From NCBI GenBank assembly GCA_045544855.1, contig JAZPZV010000006.1, forward strand, positions 2,446 through 66,445: DNA of 64,000 nt, given 5' to 3'. The translations under genes and the position numbers were made by a program. Each line of letters starts with the position of its first letter. Positions within the stretch are counted from its first letter, which is position 1. The DNA is from Eubacteriales bacterium (GTDB lineage: Bacteria; Bacillota; Clostridia; Oscillospirales; CAG-382). Of this stretch, positions 27,638 to 38,098 are shown piece by piece. A model generated the notes under the pieces. It was given only the letters and a program-made list of their open reading frames with translations, made no database searches and was not told the DNA's origin.

Positions 27638-28308
27638 GGAGTCACCTCCTTCTTGCGTTCCAACAAGGAGAAGATCCTCCCCGTGCGGAAACGTTTTGCC
27701 AGGACAAGACCCAATTCAGCCACCAGAATACCGCCTACAATGTCCACCACCACGTGCTGTCTCACCAACACGGTGGAAGCAAAGATCCCCAGCATGATCA
27801 CCACGCAGTAAACGCGGTACCACTTATGCGGTTTTTTACAGCGGAAGGCCCCGCGGGTCACCACCCAGCTTTCCAGGCAATGGATGGAGGGGAACAGATT
27901 GTTGGGCTCGTCCATATCGTAAATGAACTGGGTGCCCCAATCGAACACGTTGTTGATCTCAAACTGTCCGGAGGGCCAATCCACCATCTCGGTGGGCATG
28001 GCAAAGAAGAACACAAGGCACATCGCCTTGGCGATCATCTCCCCGGAAAGCATCTCGTAACAGGTCTCTTTATTCTCCCTGCCGATGATGACAAACCCCA
28101 CCACCCAGAAAACGTAGGAGAATACGTAGAAAACGATCATCCAGGTCACCAAGGGAATGTGGTCGTCGATGGCGGGAATGGAAACGTCAAAATATTGATA
28201 TTTGGGAATCAAGCGGTTTCCGTAATAAACGATGGTATTCAGAATCACGCAAGCCAACAGTGGGATCACGGCGTACGCCGGGATCAATTTGCTGATGAAG
28301 TTTTTCAC
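27634..28308 (-). CDS. PAP2-superfamily (Aur1/IPC-synthase-like) membrane protein
   Basis: IDDHIP, DEPNNLFPSIHC and STVLVRQHVVVDIVGG. GTG start. Confidence 0.8.
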   Translation of the reverse strand: MKNFISKLIPAYAVIPLLACVILNTIVYYGNRLIPKYQYFDVSIPAIDDHIPLVTWMIVFYVFSYVFWVVGFVIIGRENKETCYEMLSGEMIAKAMCLVFFFAMPTEMVDWPSGQFEINNVFDWGTQFIYDMDEPNNLFPSIHCLESWVVTRGAFRCKKPHKWYRVYCVVIMLGIFASTVLVRQHVVVDIVGGILVAELGLVLAKRFRTGRIFSLLERKKEVTP

Positions 28309-28375
28309 GGCTACGCCCCCCTTACAGAACAGTTCTTATCATTATACGCTTTTTCTATGAAAAAGTCAACAGTTT

Positions 28376-29239
28376 TCAATACCCCAGCAGATACATTTCG
28401 ATTCCGCCTGCCACCGCCGCGGCAAACAAGTCTTGCCATGCGGGATCTGTCAACAGCTTGGCATCCGCTTCTCCCGAAGCAAAGCCCGCTTCCAAAAGCA
28501 GAGAAGGCATATCGGGATACTTGGTCACCACGTAGGCGTTGTCCCATCCGTCTGCACGCTCCCCCACACGGCGGTCGGAAAACCGATGGCGGAGATTCAG
28601 CCGCAACGCTTCGGATAGACGTGCGGATTCCTCCTTATGGGGGGTATCGAAGCAGGTAAACAAGTCCGACCCCGCCGCATAGGAATTGGTGCCGCTGGCG
28701 TTGATATGTACGGAAAGGAACAGGTCTCCCCTTTGGAGGTTGGCGTAATAGGAACGTTCAAAGGTGTCGAACACGCCGTCCTCATTCACGCCCTGCCCGA
28801 AGGCCTCCACCGTCTCGGTGATCTGATCCCCTTCTCTGCCGCTGTATGCGGTGATCAGGTGATCCAGATACGCCTCAATGTCGTAGCCCTTTTCTGCCGC
28901 CAAGGCGTCCAAAGCCTCCCGCCCGGGGAACCCTTCCCCCACGTGGGTAAAGATCACGGTAACGCCGTGGGCTTCCAATGCGGAGGCGATCTTTTCCGCC
29001 AAAAGCAGGGTCAGCTCTTTTTCGATGATGCCGTTGTCGGGATACTCACAGCCGGGATCTTCAAACCCGTGCCCGGGGTCAAGGATCACCGTTTTTCCTC
29101 CCAGGATTGCAAGCTCCTCGGGGGTACGGCTTTCCGTTTCCAGAAAGCTTTGCCCCGGATCGGAAGATTCCTCCCCCAAAGGCGCACAACCGCAAAGCAA
29201 GGTACCCAACACAAGCACCACCGCAAGAAAGCGTTTCAC
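28376..29239 (-). CDS. N-acetylmuramoyl-L-alanine amidase (Amidase_3), lipoprotein
   Basis: ILDPGHG, EKE, LSVHINA and PSLLLEAGF. Lipobox LCGC. Confidence 0.88.
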   Translation of the reverse strand: MKRFLAVVLVLGTLLCGCAPLGEESSDPGQSFLETESRTPEELAILGGKTVILDPGHGFEDPGCEYPDNGIIEKELTLLLAEKIASALEAHGVTVIFTHVGEGFPGREALDALAAEKGYDIEAYLDHLITAYSGREGDQITETVEAFGQGVNEDGVFDTFERSYYANLQRGDLFLSVHINASGTNSYAAGSDLFTCFDTPHKEESARLSEALRLNLRHRFSDRRVGERADGWDNAYVVTKYPDMPSLLLEAGFASGEADAKLLTDPAWQDLFAAAVAGGIEMYLLGY

Positions 29240-29466
29240 TCCTTGCCTCCCTGCTTGGGCTTCAGCTTCTCCCGACTGCCGTCGGGCTGTTGGATGTAGG
29301 TGTTGTCCAAAATGCCTCGGAAGGCGGCGCGGAAGGCCAAACGGTATTCCTCCCGCAGTTCGGCACGCTCTGCCGTCTCCTCGGGAGTCAATCCGCCCTC
29401 ACGCTCTTTTTTTGCCAGCTCGTTGATCCGAACCAGGCGTTCTTCCTGTGTTTGATACTTGCTCAT
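29236..29466 (-). CDS. DUF896 (YnzC/UPF0291) family protein
   Basis: RINELAKK..GLT.EE..ERAELREEY. Confidence 0.88.
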   Translation of the reverse strand: MSKYQTQEERLVRINELAKKEREGGLTPEETAERAELREEYRLAFRAAFRGILDNTYIQQPDGSREKLKPKQGGKE

Positions 29467-29468
29467 AT

Positions 29469-29636
29469 TTATTTCTCCACGATCTCGTAAGCGAAATTTT
29501 CACAGCGCAGACGGGTACCGATGTCCACCCCGTCGGGAAGCAAAAACAACGCGATCATCACTTCTCCGCCGTTTTCCTCCCGCAGGTAGGCGTATTCCCC
29601 CTCAATGGAGGCGACGGTATAAAACTTTTCTTCCAT
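29469..29636 (-). CDS. Small conserved hypothetical protein (DUF3006-like)
   Basis: 55 aa YTVASIEGEYAYL..IALFLLP. SD GAGG. Confidence 0.65.
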   Translation of the reverse strand: MEEKFYTVASIEGEYAYLREENGGEVMIALFLLPDGVDIGTRLRCENFAYEIVEK

Positions 29637-29742
29637 AACAAAAACCTCTTGTTTCCTTTGCTCTATTATACCTCTTCCCCGCAGAAAAATCAAGAGGAAA
29701 ATATCGACCGCAGATTGCAATCTGCGGTCGATGCGGTATAGC

Positions 29743-30699
29743 TTACAAAACCAGGATCATCAGCAGGACGGAAAGCACCATCCAGAGGGCGGCAACCCCT
29801 GCTAAGATGTACCAATACTTGGGATAGCCCCGTTTTGCGGAGCGGGGGAACACCAAGCCCACGATGAGCAAAGGCGTGGGGATCATAAAGCCGAACACCA
29901 CCATACCCACCACGAAGGCACTGCGGGCGGAATCAAAGTAATCTGCGGTGTCGTCAAAGTTCTTCTCCTCACCTGCGTCGATATACTCCAAGGGATAGAA
30001 GTTCATGTCCTGCCCCACGGTATGCAATTTGGCCACCAAGTCTCCTTCCAGCTTAACACCCTCCACGGTGCCTCTGCGGTAGGAGAAGTTGCCGTCTGCA
30101 TCGAAGCATTGGTTGCCCAGATCCATATAGTGGATATAGTAAAACTCTCCCTCGTATGCGTATACGGCGCCGTATGCACAGCCGTAAAAGCCGTAGGACT
30201 CCACACCCAGCAAGCTGTAATACAGAGCGTTCTCCAGATCCCGCACGTCAAAGGTACGCTTTTCGGCGTCCTCCGGGGCCTTGGTAAGCAAGGTCACCAG
30301 ATCATTGGAGATGGGAGCGCAAGCGCCGTGAACGGAAGCCAGCATATAGGAGGTAGCTTCCCCTTCCATCAAGCGATCCAGCGCTTCCGCGCCCTTCTCG
30401 GCGGCGTAAACGGTACCGTTGATGGACGCATATACGGAATTGGACTCCCCGTTGGTCTCCACAGCGCGGTAATCATCCAGTGCGTAGTCGTAGTAATATA
30501 CCCTGTCCCCTACCACCTGCAAAGGGAAATAGGGCTCGTATTGAACGAAGGTGGTTGCGCCGTAGTACAATTCCGTCTCATCGTAGGACAGCTTCCAAGC
30601 AAGCTCCTCGGGGCCTGCTAAAACGGCCGTGGAAAGGACGGCGAACAGCAGTATACATACCAATGTAAAATACAGAATTTTCATTCTATTGCGTTTCAC
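29743..30699 (-). CDS. Hypothetical exported membrane protein (signal peptide plus two C-terminal TM segments)
   Basis: Hydrophobicity pattern. Last gene of the GntR/ABC operon. Confidence 0.7.
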   Translation of the reverse strand: MKRNRMKILYFTLVCILLFAVLSTAVLAGPEELAWKLSYDETELYYGATTFVQYEPYFPLQVVGDRVYYYDYALDDYRAVETNGESNSVYASINGTVYAAEKGAEALDRLMEGEATSYMLASVHGACAPISNDLVTLLTKAPEDAEKRTFDVRDLENALYYSLLGVESYGFYGCAYGAVYAYEGEFYYIHYMDLGNQCFDADGNFSYRRGTVEGVKLEGDLVAKLHTVGQDMNFYPLEYIDAGEEKNFDDTADYFDSARSAFVVGMVVFGFMIPTPLLIVGLVFPRSAKRGYPKYWYILAGVAALWMVLSVLLMILVL

Positions 30700-30712
30700 G
30701 ATTCACCCCTCC

Positions 30713-31582
30713 TTACGAAAGATTCAGCTTCCGCTCCAACGTCCCCAGAGAGAGGAAGTGGAACAGACAGGCCACGGTGATCTCCATCAAAAGGAGGATC
30801 AACAACGTCAAGGACATTGCAAGGCAGGCGGTGTGGAAGGTTGCCGCCCCCAGCAGATCAACCATGGGTACTACCACGAAGATCAAGCCCAATCCCACAG
30901 CCAGCTGGATCACAAAGGAGCTTGCCATATTGACACCGTAGTAGATGCCGAAAGCGGCCAGAACCTTGTGCTTCTTTGCCACCACCGCACCCACGGTGAT
31001 GCACATGAAGATCAAGGAGCAGGTGAACCAGGAAGCGGCAATGGCCAGCAGGATGCCTTCAAAAATGTAGACCAACAGCCAGCCTCCCAAGCCCTTCCAG
31101 GCATATGAGAAAAACTTACCGATCTCTTGCCACACGGAAAGATCCAACAGCTCCCCGCGGTTGGGCAATGGGGCGATGGTGATGATAATGGCCAACGCCA
31201 CCAGCATCAACACGGCGTGGATCACCGACCACAGCACGGTGTTCACCGTCTTGGCAAGGAACAGCGTCTTGCGAGACACCGGCAGTGTGAAGGTAAGATA
31301 TCCCTCGTCGGTGAAAAAATTCTTGTAGAACCGCACGTAGCAAAGGATCTGCGGCACCACGAAGGACACGGGAATGGCAATGAAGCAGGCCACCAGGAAG
31401 ATACATCCCATAACGTACAGGAACATCCCCACGGCGGAAGCTCTTGCCGTATCGAACACCGCCACGAAGCGGAACACCAAGCTTCCCAGCAGGGAAAGTC
31501 CCAGCACGGAGGCCACCACGATCCACCAGAAGCGTTTGATATATGCAAAGTCGTATTTAAAAACTTTTTTGAACATGGTCAT
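30713..31582 (-). CDS. ABC transporter permease (YtrC/ABC-2-like)
   Basis: RFYKNFFTDEGYLTFTLPV motif. Six TM segments. Confidence 0.85.
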   Translation of the reverse strand: MTMFKKVFKYDFAYIKRFWWIVVASVLGLSLLGSLVFRFVAVFDTARASAVGMFLYVMGCIFLVACFIAIPVSFVVPQILCYVRFYKNFFTDEGYLTFTLPVSRKTLFLAKTVNTVLWSVIHAVLMLVALAIIITIAPLPNRGELLDLSVWQEIGKFFSYAWKGLGGWLLVYIFEGILLAIAASWFTCSLIFMCITVGAVVAKKHKVLAAFGIYYGVNMASSFVIQLAVGLGLIFVVVPMVDLLGAATFHTACLAMSLTLLILLLMEITVACLFHFLSLGTLERKLNLS

Positions 31583-31588
31583 AAGCCG

Positions 31589-32350
31589 TTACCTCCGAAA
31601 AATCTCGGTGGGAGGGGCGTAGCGGAAGCATTCTCTGAACAGTTCATCCAGAGACTTGCCCTTTTCGTTCCGCACCTCGTCCGCCACGCCGGACAGCATC
31701 ACAGACCCGCCGTAGCCCATGAACAGGAATTCATCCAGAATGGGCTCGATATCGTAGATCAGATGGGTGGTGATGATGACGGTGGCTTCGGGATTGTAGT
31801 TCCCGATGATGGTCTGGAGAATGTAATCTCTCGCGGCGGGGTCTACCCCTGCGATGGGTTCATCCAGCAGGTAAAGCTTGGCTTTCCGCGCCATGACCAG
31901 CACCAGCTGCACCTTTTCCTTGGTACCCTTGGAAAGTGCTTTCAGCTTGGCGTTTGTGTCGATCTGCAATTCTCCAAGCATTTTCCGCGCCAGTGCCATG
32001 TCGAAGTCCTCGTAAAACTCCGCAAAGTAGGCAAGCAGCTCCTCCACCCGCATCCAGTTGTTGAAATAGGTGCGCTCCGGCAGATAGGAGATCAGGGCGT
32101 TGGTCTTCTCACTGCGGCGCTGACCGTCGATATAGATCTCTCCCCTGTCCGCCACCAAAAGCCCGGTGACCAGCTTGATCAGGGTAGATTTCCCGCAGCC
32201 GTTGGGACCCAACAGCCCCACGATCTTCCCCTTGGGAATCTGACAGCAAAAGCGGTCCAGCACCGGACTCCTTTGCCCGGGATAGGATTTGCATAGATCC
32301 TCGCAGATCAGAACTGCGTCCTTGATCGGTTCATTAACCCAAAAGCTCAT
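31589..32350 (-). CDS. ABC transporter ATP-binding protein (YtrB-like)
   Basis: GPNGCGKS, LSKG and LLDEPIAGVD motifs. Confidence 0.92.
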   Translation of the reverse strand: MSFWVNEPIKDAVLICEDLCKSYPGQRSPVLDRFCCQIPKGKIVGLLGPNGCGKSTLIKLVTGLLVADRGEIYIDGQRRSEKTNALISYLPERTYFNNWMRVEELLAYFAEFYEDFDMALARKMLGELQIDTNAKLKALSKGTKEKVQLVLVMARKAKLYLLDEPIAGVDPAARDYILQTIIGNYNPEATVIITTHLIYDIEPILDEFLFMGYGGSVMLSGVADEVRNEKGKSLDELFRECFRYAPPTEIFRR

Positions 32351-32715
32351 TGATTCTTCTCCCCTTCCTCTTGAATGTATCGTAAAAGTTCTTCCTTGGT
32401 GATGCCCAGCTCAAAAGCCTCCTCCACCAAACGGTGCACAGCCTCCCGCCGCACCCGCTCGCCGCAAAGGGCAAGAACCGACGTGTCCGTGGTCACAAAC
32501 CGCCCCACCGTCCCGCGGGAATACAAAAGGCCTTCCTCCTCCAAAACGGTCAGCGCCTTCTGCATGGTGTTGGGATTCACCGCCGCTTCAAAGGCCAACT
32601 GCCGCACGGGCGGGATCTGCTCATCGGGCAGATACTTCCCCCGCAGGATCTCCCCCCGCAGGCGGGATGCGATCTGGAGAAACACCGCCTCGTGGCTGTT
32701 AAATTTCCATGGCAT
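32347..32715 (-). CDS. GntR family (YtrA subfamily) regulator
   Basis: PPVRQLAFEAAVNPNTMQKA..RGTVGRFV with a short C-terminus. SD AAGGAGG. Confidence 0.92.
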   Translation of the reverse strand: MPWKFNSHEAVFLQIASRLRGEILRGKYLPDEQIPPVRQLAFEAAVNPNTMQKALTVLEEEGLLYSRGTVGRFVTTDTSVLALCGERVRREAVHRLVEEAFELGITKEELLRYIQEEGEKNQ

Positions 32716-32742
32716 GGACTTCGCCTCCTTTTCTTGTATGCT

Positions 32743-32783
32743 TGTACTAATACAATAATACAACATGAAATTCCGTTTGTCAA
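32743..32783 (-). promoter_or_regulatory. Promoter with an overlapping YtrA-type operator
   Basis: TTGACA-17-TATTAT. Near-palindrome TGTACTAATACAATAATACA at 32743-32762 covers the -10. Confidence 0.75.
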
Positions 32784-32891
32784 TAGAAACTATGAAAAAA
32801 ATGCCTTTGAAAGAAGATTTTCAAAGACATTTTCATTTCCAAGGCCATTTTCGATGCAAAAAGGGGGCGGTATGACCCGACCCCTATGTTC

Positions 32892-33896
32892 TTATTCGGT
32901 GATCTGTTCCACGGTATAGCCCTGCTGTTCCAGAAGGTCGGCCATGCCCCCTTCGCCCAGCACGTGCAAAGCACCCACGCAGATGAAGACCTCTTTTCCG
33001 GAATCCAACGCATCCTCTGCAAACTGCGTCATGGATCGGTTACGCTCCACCACCATGGCGTTCAGATACTCATCGTAAAGCGCCAGCTCTTTCTCGGTCA
33101 TGCCGGTGGTATCGCCGTCGGAAGCCTGCAAAATGCCCTCTGCGTCCCCGGTCTTCCAGGCGTTCATCATAGCAAACAGGCTTTCCTTGGCGGTGTCGGG
33201 ATCCGCTACGGATTGCAAAGAGCCTTCCAACAGCATTGCCTGCAGATCGTCGGAGAAGCCTGCCAGCATCTCATACTGGAATTTGGCGGACTCGATATCC
33301 ACCACCTCCATCTCCAATTCGTACGCCCAGTTGATCATATACATGTCTACGCCCAGTTCGGGATCCGCACCCATTTCTTCGTACAGAGCGGAATCGATGG
33401 TACTGCTCCACATGGCGGGGCAGTAGTAATCCAATGCGGAGCCGTAAAGCTTCAGATCCGTAAGCGCTTGCTTGGCTTTTTCGTAAAGCTCTGCGGGAAT
33501 GTGGTCGGCGATGGTGGTGCCGTCAGCGTATACCAAGGGCTTCAAAGCCTCGATCTGAGCGGCAAGATCCTGCTGGAAGGCAACGATATCCACCTCCACA
33601 GCCAGCTTATCCGCGCCCACGAAGGCTTCTTCTACGTAGTCGGGCAGAGGATAAAAATCCTCTTCCCCCACGTGGATAGAGCCAAACAGCCACACCACGT
33701 CCCCGTCCTCATCGGTGACCTTGTAAAGCACGGGCGTGGACGTGGAGGTCCCGTCATTATACTCCCGGGACACCGTCTCCTCGGAAGAGGCTTCCTTGCT
33801 TTCCGTCTCGGAGGAGGTCTCGTTGCTGTCGCAGGCAACCAACGCCAGCATCAACATCAAGGCCAACAGCAATGTCAATAAACGATTCAGTTTCAT
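32892..33896 (-). CDS. TraB/GumN family lipoprotein
   Basis: Lipobox LVAC, LFGSIH, ERNRSM and FICVGALHVLG. Confidence 0.88.
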   Translation of the reverse strand: MKLNRLLTLLLALMLMLALVACDSNETSSETESKEASSEETVSREYNDGTSTSTPVLYKVTDEDGDVVWLFGSIHVGEEDFYPLPDYVEEAFVGADKLAVEVDIVAFQQDLAAQIEALKPLVYADGTTIADHIPAELYEKAKQALTDLKLYGSALDYYCPAMWSSTIDSALYEEMGADPELGVDMYMINWAYELEMEVVDIESAKFQYEMLAGFSDDLQAMLLEGSLQSVADPDTAKESLFAMMNAWKTGDAEGILQASDGDTTGMTEKELALYDEYLNAMVVERNRSMTQFAEDALDSGKEVFICVGALHVLGEGGMADLLEQQGYTVEQITE

Positions 33897-33915
33897 ATTT
33901 TTTCTCCTTTATATA

Positions 33916-34404
33916 TTATCTTCCCCAATTACCGATCTCGTACCAGTCCCCGTTCAGGCGGTGATACTCCATCCCGGAATACCACTCCTCCCGCATATCT
34001 CCGATGACGGAAAGTGGGGAATCTGCATACAGCAGACCGTATTTTTTCGTCTCGTCGCCCCAAAGGATCACGTAGTCCTCCTCCACCCAAAGGTAGTTGA
34101 GTCTCCCGCTGATCTCCCCCAAGGCCTGCCGCTGATCCTCGGTCAAAGGGATCTCCTCCCCGCTTTGCAGGGTGAGCTTATCTCCCTGCCGCAACAGAGT
34201 CAGCCGCTCTGCGGTTTCGGTGCTTTCGTAGTACGCCATGGCCGCCTCTGCAACCTGTTCGTACACCCGGGCGTGATCGTCAAAATCCTCCATCTCCGCC
34301 TCGCCGCCTACCACGTAGTGGTAGATCCCCAGGGGAACCAGCACCAGAATGGCAACGATGAGGATCAGCGCGAGAATGACCAAAAGTCCTTTCAATGCGT
34401 TCAT
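33916..34404 (-). CDS. Hypothetical membrane-anchored protein
   Basis: N-terminal TM segment. Translationally coupled to the upstream gene. Confidence 0.65.
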   Translation of the reverse strand: MNALKGLLVILALILIVAILVLVPLGIYHYVVGGEAEMEDFDDHARVYEQVAEAAMAYYESTETAERLTLLRQGDKLTLQSGEEIPLTEDQRQALGEISGRLNYLWVEEDYVILWGDETKKYGLLYADSPLSVIGDMREEWYSGMEYHRLNGDWYEIGNWGR

Positions 34405-35285
34405 GCTTCTGCTCCCTTCCCCTTATCCGCTATGGAACGGACCTCCTCTTCCGACAATTCGGCAAGCAGGAAGCTCCCGCCGTCGTATTTGGCTTTCTTC
34501 TCCGCGGGAAGCAAACGCAGGAAGTCGGAATATTCCAGATCGCAAAGAGGCTCTTTTTCCTCTTGGATCCCCACGGTGATGATCCAGCGGATGGATTCGG
34601 GGCGTTTTCCCGTGTTGGGATCCACAAGCCACATGGGAACGGCGGGTGCATCGGGCAAGACCACAGGCAGATCGTTCACCAAAATGAATCTGCCCACGAT
34701 CCCCGTATCCCCCATGAAGAAATCCGGCGTTTCGTGATACACGTTCATGGCCTGCTTTTCGTGGAGCCATTCTTCAAACAGATGGGGATTGTGCAAGAAC
34801 AGGGTGGCTTCCTCCTGCCCCATGGACATGGGCCACATGGCGGCGTAGAGAGCCAGGGTGTCGTAGGTGCCATCCAGCACCTGCCCCGCAAAATCCTTCA
34901 AGGCTTTCAGGTTGAACTCCATCATCTCTTGGTAGCTTGCCAGAAAGAGTTCAAGGCTTTGCTTTTGCCCCTCTACCTCCAGGCTGCCCTCCCAATGCTT
35001 TGCCATGCGTTCCACGGCGGCATAGAAATCCTGCAATTCCCGCGTGGTGGTAGGCTGGAGAAGCCGCAGGGTGACTGCTTTTTTCTCCTCGGGCGTCCAC
35101 ACCACGCTGAACCCCCTGCCGATGCGGTTGGGGTTGTAAACAAGGATCTCTTCCTCCCCCATCTCCCCCACGGACAGTTGATCGTTTTCGTAATTGCCGT
35201 AATACAGATCCTCCCCCAGGATCACCTCAAGGGGCATGGGCTTTCTGCCAAACAGCTTTTGCTTGATGACTACTTCAAGGGACAT
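34401..35285 (-). CDS. DUF4299-like protein
   Basis: IGRGF motif, F..WLHEKQ motif, overall size. SD AGGAGG. Confidence 0.65.
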   Translation of the reverse strand: MSLEVVIKQKLFGRKPMPLEVILGEDLYYGNYENDQLSVGEMGEEEILVYNPNRIGRGFSVVWTPEEKKAVTLRLLQPTTTRELQDFYAAVERMAKHWEGSLEVEGQKQSLELFLASYQEMMEFNLKALKDFAGQVLDGTYDTLALYAAMWPMSMGQEEATLFLHNPHLFEEWLHEKQAMNVYHETPDFFMGDTGIVGRFILVNDLPVVLPDAPAVPMWLVDPNTGKRPESIRWIITVGIQEEKEPLCDLEYSDFLRLLPAEKKAKYDGGSFLLAELSEEEVRSIADKGKGAEA

Positions 35286-35415
35286 GATCGACCCCCTCCT
35301 TCGGCAACGTATTTTGCAACTCTATCATAGCATAATTTCCGAGAAATTGCAAGGGAAAATCATCCTGCAATGCCAACGTTTTGTGAATAGGGTGTATCGT
35401 TTTTTGGTTTTCAAG

Positions 35416-35451
35416 AAAAAATCCCCGCCGATTTCTCAGCGGGGATGATTT
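35416..35451 (-). terminator. ppdK terminator
   Basis: ATCCCCG...CGGGGAT hairpin followed by T6 on minus. Confidence 0.7.
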
Positions 35452-35467
35452 TGCAGTATTGCTTGAA

Positions 35468-38098
35468 TTACTTGCTTTCCTTAATAGCAGCCTGTGCAGC
35501 GGCAAGGCGTGCGATCGGAACGCGGAAGGGAGAGCAGGAAACGTAGTCCAAACCGATCTTGTGGCAGAACTCAACGGAAACGGGGTCGCCGCCGTGCTCG
35601 CCGCAGATGCCGCAGTGCATTTCGGGACGAACCTTCTTGCCCAGGGTAACAGCCATTTCCATCAGCTTGCCGACGCCGTTCTGGTCCAGCTTAGCGAAGG
35701 GATCGTTTTCGTAGATCTTGCTGTCGTAGTAAGCGGTCAGGAACTTGCCTGCGTCGTCACGGGAGAAGCCGAAGGTCATCTGAGTCAGGTCGTTGGTACC
35801 GAAGCAGAAGAATTCAGCCTCTTTTGCGATGTCGTCAGCGGTGAGACATGCACGGGGGATCTCCATCATGGTACCAACCTCGTAGTGGAGCTCAACGCCT
35901 GCGTCTGCGATCTCCTTGTCGGCGGTTTCCACAACGATGTTCTTCACGAACTTCATTTCCTTCACTTCGCCGGTGAGGGGGATCATGATCTCGGGAACGA
36001 TGTTCCAATCGGGATGGTTCTTCTTCACGGAGATAGCCGCACGGATGACAGCAGAGGTCTGCATCTTTGCGATCTCGGGATAAGTGACAGCCAAACGGCA
36101 GCCACGGTGACCCATCATGGGGTTGAACTCGTGGAGACCGGTGATGATGTTCTTGATGTCCTCAACGGTCTTGCCCTGTGCCTTTGCCAGAGCCGCAATA
36201 TCGTCTTCCTCGGTGGGAACGAACTCGTGGAGAGGAGGATCCAGGAAACGGATGGTTACGGGGTTGCCTTCCAAAGCCTCGTAGAGAGCCTCAAAGTCGC
36301 CCTGCTGGTAAGGCAGGATCTTAGCCAGAGCAGCCTCACGCTCCTCCACGGTGTCAGCACAGATCATCTCGCGGAATGCGGCGATTCTGTCTGCCTCGAA
36401 GAACATGTGCTCGGTACGGCAAAGACCGATACCCTCTGCGCCCAACTCACGAGCCTTCTTAGCGTCTGCGGGGGTGTCTGCGTTGGTACGGACCTTCAGA
36501 GTTCTGAACTCGTCAGCCCATGCCATGATACGGCCGAACTCGCCTGCGATCTCTGCATCAACGGTGGGGATGATGCCGTCGTAGATCTTACCGGTGGAGC
36601 CGTCGATGGAGATATAGTCGCCCTCGTGGTAGGTCTTGCCTGCCAGGGTGAACTTCTTGTTCTCTTCGTCCATGATGATATCGCCGCAACCGGATACACA
36701 GCAGGTACCCATACCACGTGCAACGACTGCTGCGTGGCTGGTCATACCGCCGCGAACGGTGAGGATACCCTGGGAAGCCTTCATGCCGGTGATGTCCTCG
36801 GGAGAGGTCTCCAGACGAACCAGGATCACCTTCTCGCCGCGGGCGTTCCAAGCCTCTGCGTCCTCTGCGGTGAAGACCACCTTACCGCAAGCCGCACCGG
36901 GGGAAGCGCCCAGACCCTTGCCTGCGGGAGTAGCCGCGGCCAGAGCCTTGGTATCGAACTGGGGATGGAGCAGGGTGTCCAGGTTACGGGGATCGATCAT
37001 GGCAACAGCCTGCTTCTTGTCGATCATGCCCTCGTCCACCAGGTCGCAAGCGATCTTCAGAGCCGCCTTAGCGGTTCTCTTACCGTTTCTGGTCTGGAGC
37101 ATATACAGCTTGCCATCCTCAACGGTGAATTCCATATCCTGCATATCACGGTAGTGATCCTCCAGGATCGCACAAACCTTGTTGAATTCCTCAAACGCTG
37201 CGGGGAACTTCTCTGCCATCTCTGCGATGGGCATAGGAGTACGAACGCCTGCAACAACGTCCTCACCCTGTGCGTTGGTCAGGAACTCGCCCATCAGACC
37301 GCGTTCGCCGGTAGCAGGGTCACGGGTGAAGGCAACACCGGTACCGCAGTTGTCACCCATATTACCGAAGGCCATCATCTGCACGTTAACGGCAGTGCCC
37401 CAGGAATAAGGAATGTCGTTGTCACGACGGTAAACGTTGGCACGGGGGTTGTCCCAGGAGCGGAACACTGCCTCTACGGCGCCCATGAGCTGTTCCTTGG
37501 GATCGGAAGGGAAATCCTTGCCGATCTTGGACTTGTACTCAGCCTTGAACTGCTCTGCCAGAACCTTCAGATCCTCGGCGGTGAGGTCAACGTCCTGGGT
37601 AACGCCCTTGGTAGCCTTCATCTCGTCGATGAGTTCTTCGAAATACTTCTTGCCGACTTCCATAACCACGTCGGAATACATCTGGATAAATCTTCTGTAG
37701 CAGTCATAAGCCCAACGTGCGTTGCCGCTCTTGGCCGCCATGGTCTCCACAACGGTCTCGTTCAGACCCAGGTTCAGGATGGTATCCATCATACCGGGCA
37801 TGGATGCGCGTGCGCCGGAACGAACGGAAACCAGCAGAGGGTTCTCTTTGTCGCCGAACTTCTTGCCGGTGATCTCCTCCATCTTAATGATGTTTTCCAT
37901 GATCTCGGCCTGGATAGCCTCGTTGATCTTGCGGCCGTCCTCATAATACTGGGTGCAGGCCTCCGTGGAAATGGTGAAACCCTGGGGAACGGGCAGACCG
38001 ATCTTGGTCATCTCCGCAAGGTTTGCGCCCTTACCGCCAAGGAGCTCACGCATGGAAGCGTCGCCTTCGCGGAACAGGTAAACGTACTTTTTGCTCAT
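35468..38098 (-). CDS. ppdK: Pyruvate, phosphate dikinase
   Basis: LLGGKGANLAEM, SVRSGARASMPGMMDT, GGMTSHAAVVARG, GIGLCRTEHMF and GICGEHGG. Confidence 0.97.
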   Translation of the reverse strand: MSKKYVYLFREGDASMRELLGGKGANLAEMTKIGLPVPQGFTISTEACTQYYEDGRKINEAIQAEIMENIIKMEEITGKKFGDKENPLLVSVRSGARASMPGMMDTILNLGLNETVVETMAAKSGNARWAYDCYRRFIQMYSDVVMEVGKKYFEELIDEMKATKGVTQDVDLTAEDLKVLAEQFKAEYKSKIGKDFPSDPKEQLMGAVEAVFRSWDNPRANVYRRDNDIPYSWGTAVNVQMMAFGNMGDNCGTGVAFTRDPATGERGLMGEFLTNAQGEDVVAGVRTPMPIAEMAEKFPAAFEEFNKVCAILEDHYRDMQDMEFTVEDGKLYMLQTRNGKRTAKAALKIACDLVDEGMIDKKQAVAMIDPRNLDTLLHPQFDTKALAAATPAGKGLGASPGAACGKVVFTAEDAEAWNARGEKVILVRLETSPEDITGMKASQGILTVRGGMTSHAAVVARGMGTCCVSGCGDIIMDEENKKFTLAGKTYHEGDYISIDGSTGKIYDGIIPTVDAEIAGEFGRIMAWADEFRTLKVRTNADTPADAKKARELGAEGIGLCRTEHMFFEADRIAAFREMICADTVEEREAALAKILPYQQGDFEALYEALEGNPVTIRFLDPPLHEFVPTEEDDIAALAKAQGKTVEDIKNIITGLHEFNPMMGHRGCRLAVTYPEIAKMQTSAVIRAAISVKKNHPDWNIVPEIMIPLTGEVKEMKFVKNIVVETADKEIADAGVELHYEVGTMMEIPRACLTADDIAKEAEFFCFGTNDLTQMTFGFSRDDAGKFLTAYYDSKIYENDPFAKLDQNGVGKLMEMAVTLGKKVRPEMHCGICGEHGGDPVSVEFCHKIGLDYVSCSPFRVPIARLAAAQAAIKESK

